Source: Podarcis melisellensis (lineage: Eukaryota). From it: a stretch of 64,000 nucleotides of DNA. This document shows positions 37,205 through 50,920 of the stretch, piece by piece. A program made the translations under genes and the position numbers. Under the pieces are notes generated by a model that had not been told where the DNA came from, did no database searches, and was given only the letters and a program-made list of their open reading frames with translations. Each line of letters opens with the position of its first letter. Within the stretch, counting starts at the first letter, position 1. The stretch is from NCBI GenBank assembly GCA_964234715.1, contig OZ174281.1; one strand, written 5' to 3'.

Positions 37205-40200
37205 GTCCTATTGTCCGGTGCGTCCTATGGTGCGAAAAATACGGTAATTCGTTCCGGAGGTCCGTTCTTAACCTGAAAGTGTTCTTAACCTGAAGCACCA
37301 CTTTAGCTAATGGGGCCTCCTGCTGCTGCTGGGTTAAGCAAAGTTCTTAACCCGAGGTACTATTTCTGGGTTAGCGGAGTCTGTAACCTGAAGCACATGT
37401 AACCCAAGGTACCACTGTATACTGTTCTCTAGCCAATCGTGGCCTGTGATGCATTTATGGGCAAGCCACATCTCTCTGCCTTGCACTTGACATCAGAAGT
37501 TTGAAGAACGGTGTGGGCCTGTTTGCAAAAGGTCTCTCAAACAGCCCTTTGTTGTGCTTTGAAGTCCCAACAGCCAGGGCTTCAAAGTACAGAATCACCT
37601 GATGTCATAGGGATGTCAGGTGATTAACTGCCCACCTGTCAGCTGCAGTCTTCTAGGGTGGGGATATAAAGACCAGCCCCACAGGCCAAAAAAGTTCCCC
37701 CACCTCTGCTGTAGTGCAATAAAGTTTTACCAATTCACCTGAGTGGGTCAACTCAGAATAGAGACTGTGGGGGTGGGTGTACAGCAAAGACAAGAATGTA
37801 TTTAAGCATGTACAAAATGCCTTTTTAAAGAAACCCATCAACAATAATCAAACAGCTGAGATTGGGGGAGAGGGCACATGGTTCAGAGGCTGTGATTTTC
37901 AAGTGGGCCTGATACCAACATATTATGACAAGATTTCTAAATGTTTAACTGATATGTATCTGATATGTACACATTTAGCAGGTGAATTTTCCCTTTCATC
38001 TCCATGGCAGATAAAGCTAATTGCATCTCTCCCCCTTAAATAAGGATATAGAGCTTTCTGTAATAAATGGGGAACAACTTTATTAAAGACGTTTGTGCCT
38101 TGCACATGTGATAAAGAAACACAGGACAATTTAGTTTAGATTTTGCTAGTGGATGGTAGGAATAGCCAGATTTTTATTTTAATTACATAATGGATGCTTC
38201 TGAAATCATCTCATTGATTTAAGCTGATATTCTACTGAGTAAATAGGTGCAGAGCTGAAACATCAGAATCTTCTGAGGTTATTAGAGGCAAAAGCAAGAA
38301 ATGAAACTGACGAAAGTAATGTCAATTTCACCTCATTCACTGGGCTTTACTGAAGGGAAAGACTTGTCCTTTTCCCTCTTGTAGGCAGTGTCCAAATGCA
38401 CACACCATTAAAAGCAGCGGTGAAGAAAACTGGCATCCACACACTGATGCACATTCAAGCACCCATCAAAAATGAAGAAAAGAATCTAGATGTGATGACA
38501 CGCATCAATAAAAGAAAAAAGGTTTACTTGAAATTGTAGCAACTGATAGCTGCATGAGGAAAACACATTATATAAATTTTAAATGGAAAATAACGGAAGA
38601 GAGCCTGAGCAGAACATGTAACCATGGGAAAAAGATGGAAAATGAAATGGAAAAAGCTATCAATCCCTGCTCCGTTTTCTGATTCCTGTCCATCAAAAGA
38701 TCTCTGTGCCAACTCACCTGCTCCTAGCTCAACTATGCTGTGCTACTATTCTTTCTGTCATCCTCCTGGTTTGTATTTTGAGATTCACATATCTTGGATA
38801 AATATGCCAGAACTGATTAGTTTGCTTCTTTCATAATGAGCTCAGGTAAGTTTGATATACTAGCTGCTGATGTTTCTTTCTATATATTAGTACTTGGGCA
38901 TTTGGCTCCTCCTTTGTATTGTAACAGAGGAAGGCTCAGTCCCAGTTCTTGTGCTTCCAAGGCTACAGCTGCTGGAACTGCACATGACCCTCCAGATGTT
39001 GGCTTTTAACTACTCTCACCCCTGACCAGGGACCAGGCTGGATGGGGCTAATAGGAGTTTCCTTTCTTCTTTATTTTATTCCTTTTTTTATTCTTGCCTT
39101 TTTATTATTTCTCTTCTGTAGATTAGTTTGGCTTTTATTGTATTCTGTGTTTGAAACTTGTAATAAAATTTGATTTAAAAAAGAAGTTCCAGTTTATTTC
39201 CTAGTTGGACATAGTGACCGATTCAGGTTGAGGGGAAAAGAAGAGAAATAATTCCAGATAAAACTTGATAATCATTATGACTTTAAAAAATAAAATAAAA
39301 ATAAATTACATGTAAAATGGATCACCAGCCACACAACACGCACATTCAGGCAATTATTCAATCACTCATCTTCAAGCATCATCAATAATCAATTGTAACT
39401 GATTCCTAAAATCTACTGAAGGTGCTGTCTTGTCTAATACATGGTCAAATTAGACACAGTGGAATTTCCATACACCAACCTGTAAACATTTTCAGATTCA
39501 ACTGATTTACATAACTTATTCCAGTTTCTAATGTCTGGAGACAGAACCCTAAAAAGAACTTTATGTTGAGCTAGGTACTCAAAAAAGTTTGCTCTACTTT
39601 TTGTTGTTGTTGTTGAAAGTAGGGAGTAAGGGGAATGCAAATGTAATAAAGCCTGTAGCACAACTGTCAAGTACTTGGCTCATATCCCAGAAGAGTTTAA
39701 ACCAGCATCTCTTCTAATGGGAAAGTGCAACACTTGCTGGCCTAATTAATACTGATTTTCATGTTAAGTGAGAGCAATACATCTGTCTAAGGGAGACAAG
39801 GACTTAAAAATAAATTATTTCAAATTAAAAGTACTCAACAAATGCCAAGGTTTGGCATTATATATATTTGGTCTGCTGCTTCACAGACTCTATTTCTCTC
39901 TGTGTGTACCTTAAAAGTACCTTGTAAGTATGATACTAGATGCAAAATAATTCAGCTTCTCAAGCTTCTTGATGATGGAACTGAAAGAGACTGGAGATAA
40001 CCTGCTCTGAACAATGTTTGTTTTGTGGCCCCACTCCCTTAATTTATGGGCCCTGGCTCTGGTTGGACAGCACAAGGAATTTTCAACATGTTGACACAAT
40101 GCTCAATAGTAACTTTTGAAAAATATCTGCTCAGGAATGCAAGCCTGTCGACAGACACTGCAGATACCTGTCTTTCTTAACATGCAGTGCTAGGGAAAGC

Positions 40201-41816
40201 TTCAGAAGAGAATTGCTTCATGTCCCATTCCTTGCCCGTCCTGTCCCCCAAACCATTTGGTGTGAAATTTTCCTTTATAGAAGTTCCATTATCGTGTTCA
40301 GTTAAGCAGAGGAGTATCAGCATTAGTAATTGTTGATTGTTGCTTAAATGGCTATTGCCAAGGGGAGCCATTGGGGATAGAGAGGGAGAGAGAGCAAGAG
40401 CTAAATGAGGGGAGGAAGGAGAATGAAAATGAGAAATTGGAAAGCACATTTGGAGAGAGAATGCCAGAGGCAGAAACAGGGGAGTGAATTTAGGATAAAA
40501 TGATGCCTCTTCCTTGTGCAATAAATGGACATGATGCAGAAAGACTGGCTTGGTTCTAATCATTGCCTTGAGTCCAGCCATTTGTGTGCTAAGAATTACT
40601 TATGCACACAGTATATCCAGGCTCAGGGCCTTACCATGCCTAAATGACACTGACTAGATGCTACAGCACTGAATCCCTAGAGACAATATTAAATTAAGAC
40701 TGAAATGACTAAGTTTCTGAAAAAAAAATGGTTCATCACTTAAGGATAAATTACAATTTTCAAACTAAGTGTAATGGGAGAACATATCTTAACACTTCCA
40801 GTAGAAACTAGTAGTCTTCATTTCTTGCCATAATGTTGTGATAAAGCTGAATTTATTTTCCGATCACCAGATGCCACGGTATAGTAAAGTTGGGCAAATG
40901 ATGGTTTTAAATTCAGCTCCTGTTGCAAGGCATTAGCCAAATAGCCACTTCTACTTCTATAATCCCAGACACGATATACTGTGAAGTATTGTTGTGCGTA
41001 CATTAGCTGTTTTAACAACTCCCTTTAAAATTATTTGTTATCATTCATTTACTGCTTGGCATTTAGGGCTCTACATTTAAAACAAATTGGACTATCATAA
41101 ACCCTATCTTATTATGTTTCATTAAATGTAAAGCACAGATGGCACGTGAAGATAAACATCAGATAAGAATAATTGCATTTTTACACTCAATACTTTAAAA
41201 AAACAATTTGGCTACCAGTTTGTCACTTCTCAATGGTGTTTATATGATACAAAAATGAGGGGGGAAGTCACTTAAAAAGTGAATGTGTGTACTGATCAAG
41301 GTGATTCATTCATTCATATTGCAAATGTGGGAACATTTATGGTTACGATTCCTAGAGTCATTTGTGAAATTGCCCTAAATTTACAATATGGTTTCATGCA
41401 AGCTGTGGTATCATTAACAAACCTCACCTAATATTTGGAAGCAGATTAAATAAAATTGAATAATGAACCCAACACATAATCTATTCAACAATAAAGCGGT
41501 TAGGGCTGGTTCCAGGTTTGAAGGGACTCTTTTGGCATAATGCCCTCTGGTGGGTCTCTCCCATATGAGTGCTTACTTCACCCACTGTGACAGTCGAGCA
41601 CCAGGGTAACTTGGGGCCACCATTCCTTTGTCACAATTCACAACTTCTACAATACACAAGAACACCCCTGGAGCACCCCCAATGTAATGTAGGTCTCAGC
41701 CATTTAAATGTCTCACAATTTCTCAGCAATGCTACATTGTGACTGGCTTGGGACATTGTAGGAAAGTTAAATGGTGGCTCCAAGCTGTCCTTATGCTCAC
41801 TAGAATGCCTGCGATG

Positions 41817-42008
41817 AAGGGATGCAGCTCAGGGGCAAAGCAAATGTTTTGCATGTAGAAGGTTCCAGGTTCAATCCCTGGCACCTCCAGGTAGAACTGA
41901 CTGTGCCCCCTATCTGAACCTCAAAGAGCGATTGCCAGTCAGCACGAACAGAACTGAACTAGGTGTACTAATGTTCTAACTTAGTATAAGGCAGCTTCCT
42001 CTACTCCT
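41817..42008 (+). mobile_element. tRNA-derived SINE (Squam3-like)
   Basis: gcagctcagggg...gaaggttccaggttcaatccctggcacctccaggtag...tataaggcagcttcct. Confidence 0.8.
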
Positions 42009-42491
42009 GAAACAAGGGGGTGTGGAGGAAGCATCAGTAGCCAGTCATGCTCTGTGTCGGTAGATGTCAAAGCACCAGACACTGTCAAAGGTGGCCCAGT
42101 GCTGACATTGGCCATATGAGGTGCTGTAGCTCAGGCCTCCTTGAAAAATCAGGCCCTCAGAGTTGGAAACTCTACTCTACTCTAAGGTGTATATGGTGTC
42201 TGTGGAATGACTATGATTGTTCCTTGTTAAAAGAAAGGTTCCTGACAAAGCTACCCTTCTTATTCCACATGATGCTTACAAGGTCAGTGGCAAAATCTTA
42301 GCCCACATTAGATCCTTTCCCCCAAATTATTTCTATCATTTTGAAACTGTTCACACAGACCATTTTTCTCCACCAACTTGACTTCCATGGGATATTTTGC
42401 TAGCAGTAGTCAATGACTAAATTGTGTTTGGTGAATACAGCCATTCCTCCTTCCCCTCAGTACAATGAAGTTGCATTTTTATTCTTCATAC

Positions 42492-42563
42492 CTTGAGAAT
42501 TTTGTACATAATCTCATATACAGAAAATGTTCTTTCGGCTCGTGTCCAGTCCCACGTAGTAAC
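42492..42563 (-). CDS. SNTG1: SNTG1 coding exon, 72 bp (VTTWDWTRAERTFSVYEIMYKILK)
   Basis: Manual translation of the reverse complement. Acceptor ttttcacccaag, donor GTATGA. In frame with the flanking exons. Confidence 0.95.
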
Positions 42564-42650
42564 CTTGGGTGAAAATAAACAAAATTTAATTGAACTGTTT
42601 TTTCATCCAGTTACATCGGTTGGAAAGTAATGTCAAACTATGGTGTACAG

Positions 42651-42850
42651 CAGGGGTGGGAAACCTTAGGCCTGAGGGCCAAATGTGGCCCTCTAGTCTG
42701 GCATATATGGTCCTTGGGACTCTCCTTAAGCTACACCCCTCCTCACTTGCACCCTTATTCTGCAGCTATGCCCTCAAATCCTCCTTGAGTGCTTTTGTCT
42801 GGTTGGAATGCGTCCCTGAGCTCTGATAATGACTCCCACTCACCTTTGTG
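42651..42850. mobile_element. hAT-like MITE left part
   Basis: caggggtgggaaacct...gagggccaaatgtggccctc start. Right end not found. Confidence 0.5.
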
Positions 42851-43109
42851 GAGGTTAGAAAGGGCATAGCTGGAGGGGGGCAATGTCCTCAGAGGCATAG
42901 CTGGAGGGGGACAATGTCCCCAGGTGCATTTTTCTAGGGGGTGCTGTTCATGCCGCCCTGCCAACCCTGCACCACTTCACAAGGCTGGAATCTAATCTGA
43001 ATGATTCAACAAGCATAACCTGAAAGCTCTGCAAAACCAATCTCTGTGGGCAAGCTCCTTACAAAAGCAGTTTCAGTGTGATATACCCTCTTTATTGGAC
43101 ACATGCCAA

Positions 43110-43385
43110 ATAAGACACAGCATATTTACTTGGCACAGATGCCACACAGAGGAGGACCTCTAACAATGATCTCAGAAGGCAGCCGAGTTTGTTCACATGG
43201 GAGTAGACAGTCCTTCAGATATCCAGGTGTCAAACTATAAAGGGTTTCAAAGGTCATCACTAGAATATTGGATTGAACCTGGACACAAAATGGAAGCCTG
43301 TGTAGCTAGCACACTAAGGGATTCATACACTCCTTATATGTGGCCTGTATGAAGAGCCTGACCTCAGCCTTCCGGACCGACTAAA
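43110..43385 (-). mobile_element. Diverged L2 fragment
   Basis: tccttcagatatccagg...aagggtttcaaaggtcatcactagaatattggattgaacc parallels 47400-47466. Confidence 0.55.
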
Positions 43386-43544
43386 GTGTCTTTTTTTGTT
43401 TTAGCATCCTGTTTAAGAGCTTAATCAAACTTTGGGCCTAAAGAGTTATATTTCTATGCACTGAAAAGTTTTCCCTTTCTTCTTCCTTATCAGATTTGCT
43501 CCAGCATAGGGAAAGAATCAGGCAGTCTTCTGTAGCATGGTCTA

Positions 43545-43642
43545 ATGTTGGCGCCCACGGCCTGAAGCAAGATGAGTGCTGCATCCCATAGTCAAGTTTG
43601 ACTGGACTTAACCATCCAGGGGTCATTTATTTACCTTTACCT
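43545..43642 (+). mobile_element. Sauria-type SINE 3' scrap
   Basis: gactggacttaaccatccaggggtc...tttacctttacct tail. Confidence 0.65.
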
Positions 43643-44076
43643 CATGTAGAATATATTGCAGTAATCTAAGGAAAAGAACGAGGGTATCTCCCCAACCTCA
43701 TTCTTTTGTTACATGGTCAGAAACAAAATTGTACACTAGAAGAAAATTCTATCAAAAATTTCCCCCCTCATACTTATTAGATATTTCTTCATGATTATGA
43801 CATCAACAGAGAAGGTAGTTTATGGAAACATGCTGTATAAAGATCCGAGAGTTTCTAAGTTTACAGAGAAATTTTAGTACTGGGAATGGACAAAATTAGT
43901 TGTAAGGTCATTTCTTTTCGTAGCAATTTTGTGTTAATAAATCAAATTTTCCCATCACTATTGTTGCTTTTCCTTACAACAGAGCTGAATGAAATGCCCA
44001 GGAGTAACATAAAACCTTTATATCAATTTCATAAAAACCATTTAATGGGCAGCCAATAAATGGTACTAATACTTAC

Positions 44077-44193
44077 TGGAGGTGCTATAAATTTATAAAG
44101 TGAAGAACCTCTCAACGCTAGAAACTTTGGTGTATACATTCTGTCCTGAAGAGAATCTTGTTCTCGTTCTTCTGTCCAGCCTGTGTAGACTAT
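44077..44193 (-). CDS. SNTG1: SNTG1 coding exon, 117 bp (IVYTGWTEEREQDSLQDRMYTPKFLALRGSSLYKFIAPP), PH domain
   Basis: Embedded in ORF 44029-44268(-). Acceptor ttctgccag, donor GTAAGT. Closely similar to recalled human IVYMGWCEAREQDPLQDRVYSPTFLALRGSCLYKFLAPP. Confidence 0.95.
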
Positions 44194-46620
44194 CTGGCAG
44201 AAAATACAAATAGTTTTGACAAATTCTACACACATACAATGAACATTTGTTATGAAAATATGCAACATTCAACAGCCTGTTTCTAGAAGTCCCACGAAAT
44301 TTCTACTGACACAATCCACGTCTTGAATTGTGCATATGTGTCACTCAAGATTTATTAGCACAGAAAGTCATTCAACAATATACATGGCATGCACAACTCA
44401 TCCCATACATAATTTCAAGCCTTCAATTGTGCAAACAGCCCACTGTTAATTAAAATTCCTAATGAAATGCTTCTTTTTGGTTTTCTTTGCAACTGTGTGA
44501 AATAAAAAGAAGATGGAAATAAATTTTCACTGCATTGCATAAAAGAATATAATTGCACTTCCCCACATTAGATTATTATGTGAAAATGATGTTGCAACAA
44601 ATATACTTAACAGTGCATTCAAGCATGTTTGCAAACTTTATGTGACAGTTTTGTTACAGGAAACTCTATTATATTATACTGAGAGAGATGTACCAGCTGT
44701 CCAAACATCATTCATAACATTGCCAAAACATGTATCATATGATGGTCATAATCACTTGTGAGGATACTCATCTTGTAGTGGACCATGAACCTGAGTCTCA
44801 GGGTTGAGCAAAAAAAAAAATTGTGATCCAAGTGCCTGTCTTTAACCTCTTTTAGAAGCAAAAGAAAAGCATAACTCAGACAATGTTACTGTCCTTTAAA
44901 CTGCATTCACTGTAAAATGAATTACTTGACAGTAGACTACCTGGAGAATATAGCATGTCTTTGTTTTTAGTACCCCTGATTAAAACTGTAATTGAAACAC
45001 TAGGCCTAAGCAATTGTATTTTTATGCATCGAAAGATTTTCCCTTCTCTAGTTTCTACTTAGTTCAAAACTAGCAGCATGGAAGAGTTGCTGTGATTTAT
45101 TGAAAAAACATCTCATCTGCTAACTACTTGTGACTTTGAATGTAGCTTTTTACTGGAAATTGGGGAAAAAATCAAGCTGCAGCAAAAATTAAGAAGAATT
45201 GGAAGCGCACTTCCTTTGCATCAAAGAGTCGCTGCTTTTGAATCTGGAAGAAAGACCATCTTTCAAGGCAAGAAGCACCTAATTGTCACAGGAATACCAG
45301 AAATGGCTCAGTAGACTAGATCCAGCTACTAGGCTGGTCACCTTTGTGCCAATATTATAGGAGTTACCGACCCTAGAAAGATGTAGGGCCAACTAAAATG
45401 GTCTATACCCTTGATGACTTTTAGACACAACTGATTTCTACAATGCCTTTGTGGAGTTTGCTACTGCCATGGCTAGCTATCCAACTGATAGATAAGGAAG
45501 ATAATTTACATGATGGCTCCTACATTTGCAGGTCCAATATCTTGAGATTCTGATCTGCTAGTTCCCATAAATAAAGTTAATCAAGTATGTGTGAGAACTG
45601 GGGATATTTAATTTATAAGCAAGGGATTTTGTTCATTTAAAAAATTTTCTCTCTGAAAACCTTGATAATATTTTATAATGTCTCATGTCATTTATCAACG
45701 CAGATAAAGCCATTTGTTCTATATAGATGCATTGATATTTCACACTGGATTTCCCCCCCCAGTATTAAAGCAGTCCCAGAAATTTAAAGCAATTGCTCTT
45801 TGATATATTGTTCCCTTGTCTCTCTACATCATGCGAATGAATTAGATTGATTTCACTGACGGGCCTTTCTTTTATTAAAGATTTATTAACATAAAAAGGA
45901 TATTTTTGATTCAGACCGTACAGCACCTGTCAAACTGTTAATTCAAAAGACTACAAGATATCAGAAGCAATATTCAAGACCATCTCTTGCTGCATTGCAA
46001 GATATGAAATTGATCAGGGAAAGGGGGAGACCCTATAACTTTGTTTCAGCAGAATTGTAAGTACAGTAATTTATATTACTGATATGCTCACTTACCTAAA
46101 GGAAATCTTACAAAAAAAGGGGGGGGAGAAAACCATAGTTAGATAAACAGCTCATAGGACACCAAATAAGTGGTTCCTGCATGCAAAAACCTATGCTGTG
46201 GGGATCAGAGATCAGGAAAGTAGATGCAACCCCTTGCCCATATTTTCAAACCTTCCCATGTTCACCCCAATTTTTCCGCTGCTTTAGCCCAATATATATC
46301 CCCCCGTGCCATTTGTTTTTTCAGCTCTACCATTCTGAACCACCTCAAATGGCTCTGTTTGCCTTGAAAGCCTTCCCCATGCTTCTCATTTACTCTTACA
46401 AAACGCCATCAAAACCTGTGTAAAAAACTCATCTTTTTGGATTTTACAACCCATATGTCCAGGGGTGAGAAATCTTTTTCAGCCAAGGGCCATATTAACT
46501 GGTTAGAAAACTGCTAGGGGGATGCATTCCAGTAGATGGTGTGGGCAGACCCTCATCTAAGCACTTGCTCTCAACATACACACTATAACTGGGTGTTAGA
46601 GACACAACACACATACTCAT

Positions 46621-46621
<1 letters not shown>

Positions 46622-46655
<34 letters not shown>
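46622..46655 (+). repeat. (CA)n microsatellite
   Basis: Direct reading. Confidence 0.95.
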
Positions 46656-46657
<2 letters not shown>

Positions 46658-46667
46658 AAGCTATATT

Positions 46668-46816
46668 CCGTGCTTTTTTCCATTAAAAATGTTTAGGGGT
46701 ACTCTCATTTTCCTACTTATATTGAAAGACTGCCCCTCAATGAGGCCAAACCTAGATTCACAAAATGTTTAGGGGTATGCGTACCCCTGCACCCCCCCCC
46801 CCAGAAAAAAGCACTG
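46668..46816. mobile_element. hAT-type MITE
   Basis: ccgtgctttttt ... aaaaaagcactg termini. Perfect 8-bp TSD gctatatt at 46660-46667 and 46817-46824. Confidence 0.9.
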
Positions 46817-46881
46817 GCTATATTCCATGGAAATGGGAATATATTTAACTCTCACACTCTGTTTTCTCCATATACAAAGTT

Positions 46882-46887
46882 AAGAAA

Positions 46888-46943
<56 letters not shown>
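46882..46943 (+). repeat. (GAAA)n microsatellite
   Basis: Direct reading. Confidence 0.95.
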
Positions 46944-47069
46944 GCTCTCTAATTTTCTTAATCTGCCCTAAAGCATATAACATCAATGACAGCTGACCTT
47001 CAAGTCTGGCTTTCAAAACTGCCATTTCAAAATGCAATTTCAGACCCTTTTTATTTACCTGGGTCTTTC

Positions 47070-47072
<3 letters not shown>

Positions 47073-47103
<31 letters not shown>

Positions 47104-47466
47104 ACCCCGCCCATCTGACTGAGTTGCCCCAGCCGCTCTGGGCGGCTTCCAGCATATGTAGAAACATAATAAAACATAAAACCTTAAAAAGTTTTCCTAT
47201 ACAGGGCTGCCTTCAGATGTTTCATAAAAGATATATTCATCTCCTTGACATCTAATTGAAGGGCATTGCACAGGGTGGGTGCCACTACCGAGAAGGCCCT
47301 CTGCCTGGTTTCCTGTAACCTCACTTCTCACAGTGAGGGAACCACCAGCAGGCCCTTGATACTGGATCTCAGTGTCCGGGCTGAACGATGGGGGTGGAGA
47401 CGCTCCTTCAGGTATACAGGGCCAAGGCAATTTAGGGCTTTAAAGATCAGCACCAAGACTTTGAAT
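47073..47466 (-). mobile_element. L2-clade LINE 3' end with (TGA)n tail
   Basis: Reverse-complement homologue of 16880-17256; (TCA)n at 47073-47103. Confidence 0.85.
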
Positions 47467-50400
47467 AGTGTTCAGAAAAGTAAGTTAGTTGCTTTGTGTT
47501 ACCATATAGTTTTATTTGTGATCTGCACTGTTAAATTCCAGTTTGTTAATTTTATATATTGTTAGTTTGGAAACATTAGTGCAACTGAAAATATAACTGG
47601 CCTGGGGGTCAGCTTGGCTGCCCTGCATTGTGAGGCATCCCTTCATCCAGATACAACCCTGTTCAATGTCAGCCATCAGTCAGGAGACTGACTCAGAGAC
47701 ATCCCCAGTGCCTAAGCCAAAGCCTACCAGCATCTGTGATCAATAAAGTTGTGGCTGTTTTCAGGTCCAGAACATTGTTGTGCCTGTTTATTCTTATGTT
47801 TTACTACCCCTTCCTGGCTCCTGGGGGCTTCCTGCACATGGCCCTGCGGCTGCAAAATATATGTGTTAGTATCTATAGTTGTTGATGCATGTCTCGTTTT
47901 ATTCAATCCAGCATATCTATACAGTAAGAAATCATCAATGTGTCTTGTTTACTTGCCATGCAACTCACCTGCCCACTGGCATAGAAACATTATTCTGTAA
48001 TCCCATTAGGCTGTCAAATTTATCACTAAAAGGACCCTACTGTCCTTTTTTTCAAAGGAATGCTATGGTTTGCTCAAGGATCTAGGGACATTCATTGACA
48101 GTCTCCACAGAGTTGTTCTCCACAAATTCTTTGATATGAGTTTCCTACACATTGTGACCAAGAATTTACCATGCATCAGAGAGTCTTGTGTACTGCTTCA
48201 CATTCCCCCTGAAAATTCACAGCAGACTGTTTGCTACTATAAAAATCATAGCTGTGAAAGACAAATTGAGCTGGGACTGCAAAGAAGTCCAGAAGTCTTA
48301 GTGGGCTTGGATTAACTTAATAGTGTTGAGGCAGCAGGGATAAAGTATGCTTTGGGTAAGTCTTTTGGATATTGAATTTCCAGTGTAACTAACTTACAGG
48401 CATAACACTAGTCTGGATAACTAAATGACCTACTCCCACCCCCTAAGAGCTTGCTCCTCGTTTATATTCAGGCACTACAGGGTGGCTAAGAATTGAGAGA
48501 GACCAATTTATTGCAAGATAATTCTACTTATCCCCTTTCCTTGGCAGTAAGTCATTTTGTTGTTGCTATTTAGTCTCACTGGACCACTCTTCAATCTTGA
48601 TTTCCTACTATACTGCCTGCATTCTGACTTCTGAAGCTGCTCCACTGTGACTTATCATGGTTTATGGCTCAAGATAGCTACCTTCAGCTCGATTTTCAGC
48701 CAAAGATACAGTATTGCTCTGACATGGTCCATCTCCAGCCCCATTACCATTGTGTACTGGTCTTTCTTCCCAGTATTTACAGTCAATCCACCTTTTTTTG
48801 TTTCTATCACATGCTTGGATTTTGAATGCGCTTCTATAAAATTAATCACAAATTACAAACTGATCCATTTTATTGCACTCCAAATAGTTTACTACACAGC
48901 AGTCAGGTTTGTCTAAAAGAAAGTTATAGGAACACAAACATCAGAAATAATCAAACTTGATAATATGTAGACATAAGATTAAATTGCTAGCAGAATTATA
49001 CCATTACAGAAAGGGCCATTAATCTTCTAAAAGAGAAATCAATGCCTATAATTGAAAGAGGATAGAATAATCAAGGTATATAATTCCAATTTCAAGTCTT
49101 GAAGTGATGGTGTGTGCTGGCTATATTGTAGGTGCAAACAGCACAGATAAAGATAATGGAACCTATAAACAGTGTTAAGAGGTAACTAAAGTAATTGACA
49201 GATATAACAATCTATTACAGCAATTGTATATAAGAGTACATGCAAAATGGATTCATAACGTATGTAACATCAGCTGAATTTCATTGTAAAGCTGAAGCCG
49301 AAAATAATGCATTGTAGTTCTTGAGATCTCCAGATTATATCTCATTTCATTACTTCATCAAAGCTAGATTAGTAATGAAGAATTTTTCATGGTTGGCAGA
49401 TTCCAAAAACATATTATCCGATGCGACTCATTTAAAGCAATTTAGCAAGCAGAACTTCCAGAAATGAAGTTTATTGTTGCCCAGAAGAAGCATCAACACT
49501 GGAATAAATTTCCCAAATATGAAAGTGGCAGATTAACTTTGTGGGTTTTATGCTATATGGGGCTCTGCTCCTTTACATTTGTGTGTATCCTGTAGGTATA
49601 TGCATTACAATTTACAAGAATTTTCTTATTTATTTCATTCCTTTTAAAAACCACCATGGGAAGACTGAATTGTCTAAAGCAACCCAGCTATAAGAAAGAC
49701 TACCTGAGCTCCTAAACTGGTTTTATTAAATCAAGCTTTGGCCATAAGATTTTGCTTTCTTTATGCTATAAAAAACAAAAGGCCTCACTTGTTATAAAAT
49801 AAACTCAAAGCACTTTGCAAAAATAAAAATGCATAAAAAGGAAATAAAACCAATTACATAGATTAAAACTATACAGGAAGGCCAGGGAAGTACGTACTGG
49901 AAGCGGTGTCACTCTGCATGTCAAAAGAGAGTAGAAACATTCATGGGGATAAGGCTATGAATAACTGCTAGTGTCAGGGACTGGCAGCATGGGGAAGAGT
50001 AGTGGAAGCTGCCTGCCCAAGAGCCCCCCAGGGAAGGCACAGAAGACTACTTAGATCTTGGTTCCTGTTAGTGAGAAACTGGCCACACCTGAGAGGTACT
50101 AGAAGCAGGAAGCTTGAGGGATCACAAAGAGGCTGGTGGTTCGGAACATTTCAGTTTGTGGCTCAGTAGTACTGGAAAGATAGCAGACAAAATGCCCACT
50201 AAAGCAGAGAGGAACTCCCAGTTTGGCCTATCCTGTCTTCTATAATTTTGTTCAGCCAACCCACATGCAACATATACTGATTTCCCAACAACTTAAAAAA
50301 AAAAAGTTTGATGAATTCTAAGCACCTTCCCTGGCAGCTGAACATGGGATAATATTTTCCTTCCTGCAAAGCGCACAATGGATCCTTCTCAGAAATGCAT

Positions 50401-50809
50401 TTCATGATTCCAGAAGGTTGATGTGAAAGATAGATGAGGCTGCCATACACAGGCTGTAAAATTTAGTATTTAAGGGTTGAAGATAAATGGGAGGGCAGCT
50501 GTAGATTTGGAACGGAAGCTGTTGCTAGATCATTTGCAGCTTAAAATATATGTTCTCATTTATCTATGTGGCCTAGCCCCTCTTTACAGCAGCACTGAAT
50601 AAACTGTTTGTGTGCATATACAGCAGCATGACTTTCAGATTCGTTAAACTTCAAAAATAATAATGTAACATTCATTTCAAAATAGAATAAGAGTCCTAGT
50701 GACCTGATTAAGTTAAAGTGCTTACACTGCAAACTGATTTTCCATCTGTTGATGGCGATGAGATAAGGAAATGGCTCCCAAACAGGTGGACATGAAGCTT
50801 GATGACCAA

Positions 50810-50920
50810 CAGGCAATTAGATAAATCCATGGAGCAAAACTATCAATGACAAATTAAATCTTATAGCTATATGCCACCTCAAATAACAGAGGCAGTATTC
50901 TTCTCAGTAGTAGTTGCAAA
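50810..50920 (+). mobile_element. CR1 3' fragment
   Basis: attagataaatccatggag...ctatatgccacctc...cagaggcagtat, a reptilian CR1 3'-end pattern. Confidence 0.55.

Larger units (their letters stand above)
36245..37244. mobile_element. Complete 1000-bp CpG-rich pogo/Tigger-type non-autonomous transposon
   Basis: Perfect 27-bp TIR ccgtatttttcgcaccataggacgcac; TA duplication at 36243-36244 and 37245-37246. Confidence 0.92.
36218..37417. mobile_element. Tigger/pogo-type MITE (outer, ~200 bp) split by a nested 1-kb element
   Basis: TA-caagtggtacctcgggtta ... taacccaaggtaccactg-TA. Removing 36245-37246 restores ggttaagtactTAattcgttccgg. Confidence 0.88.
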
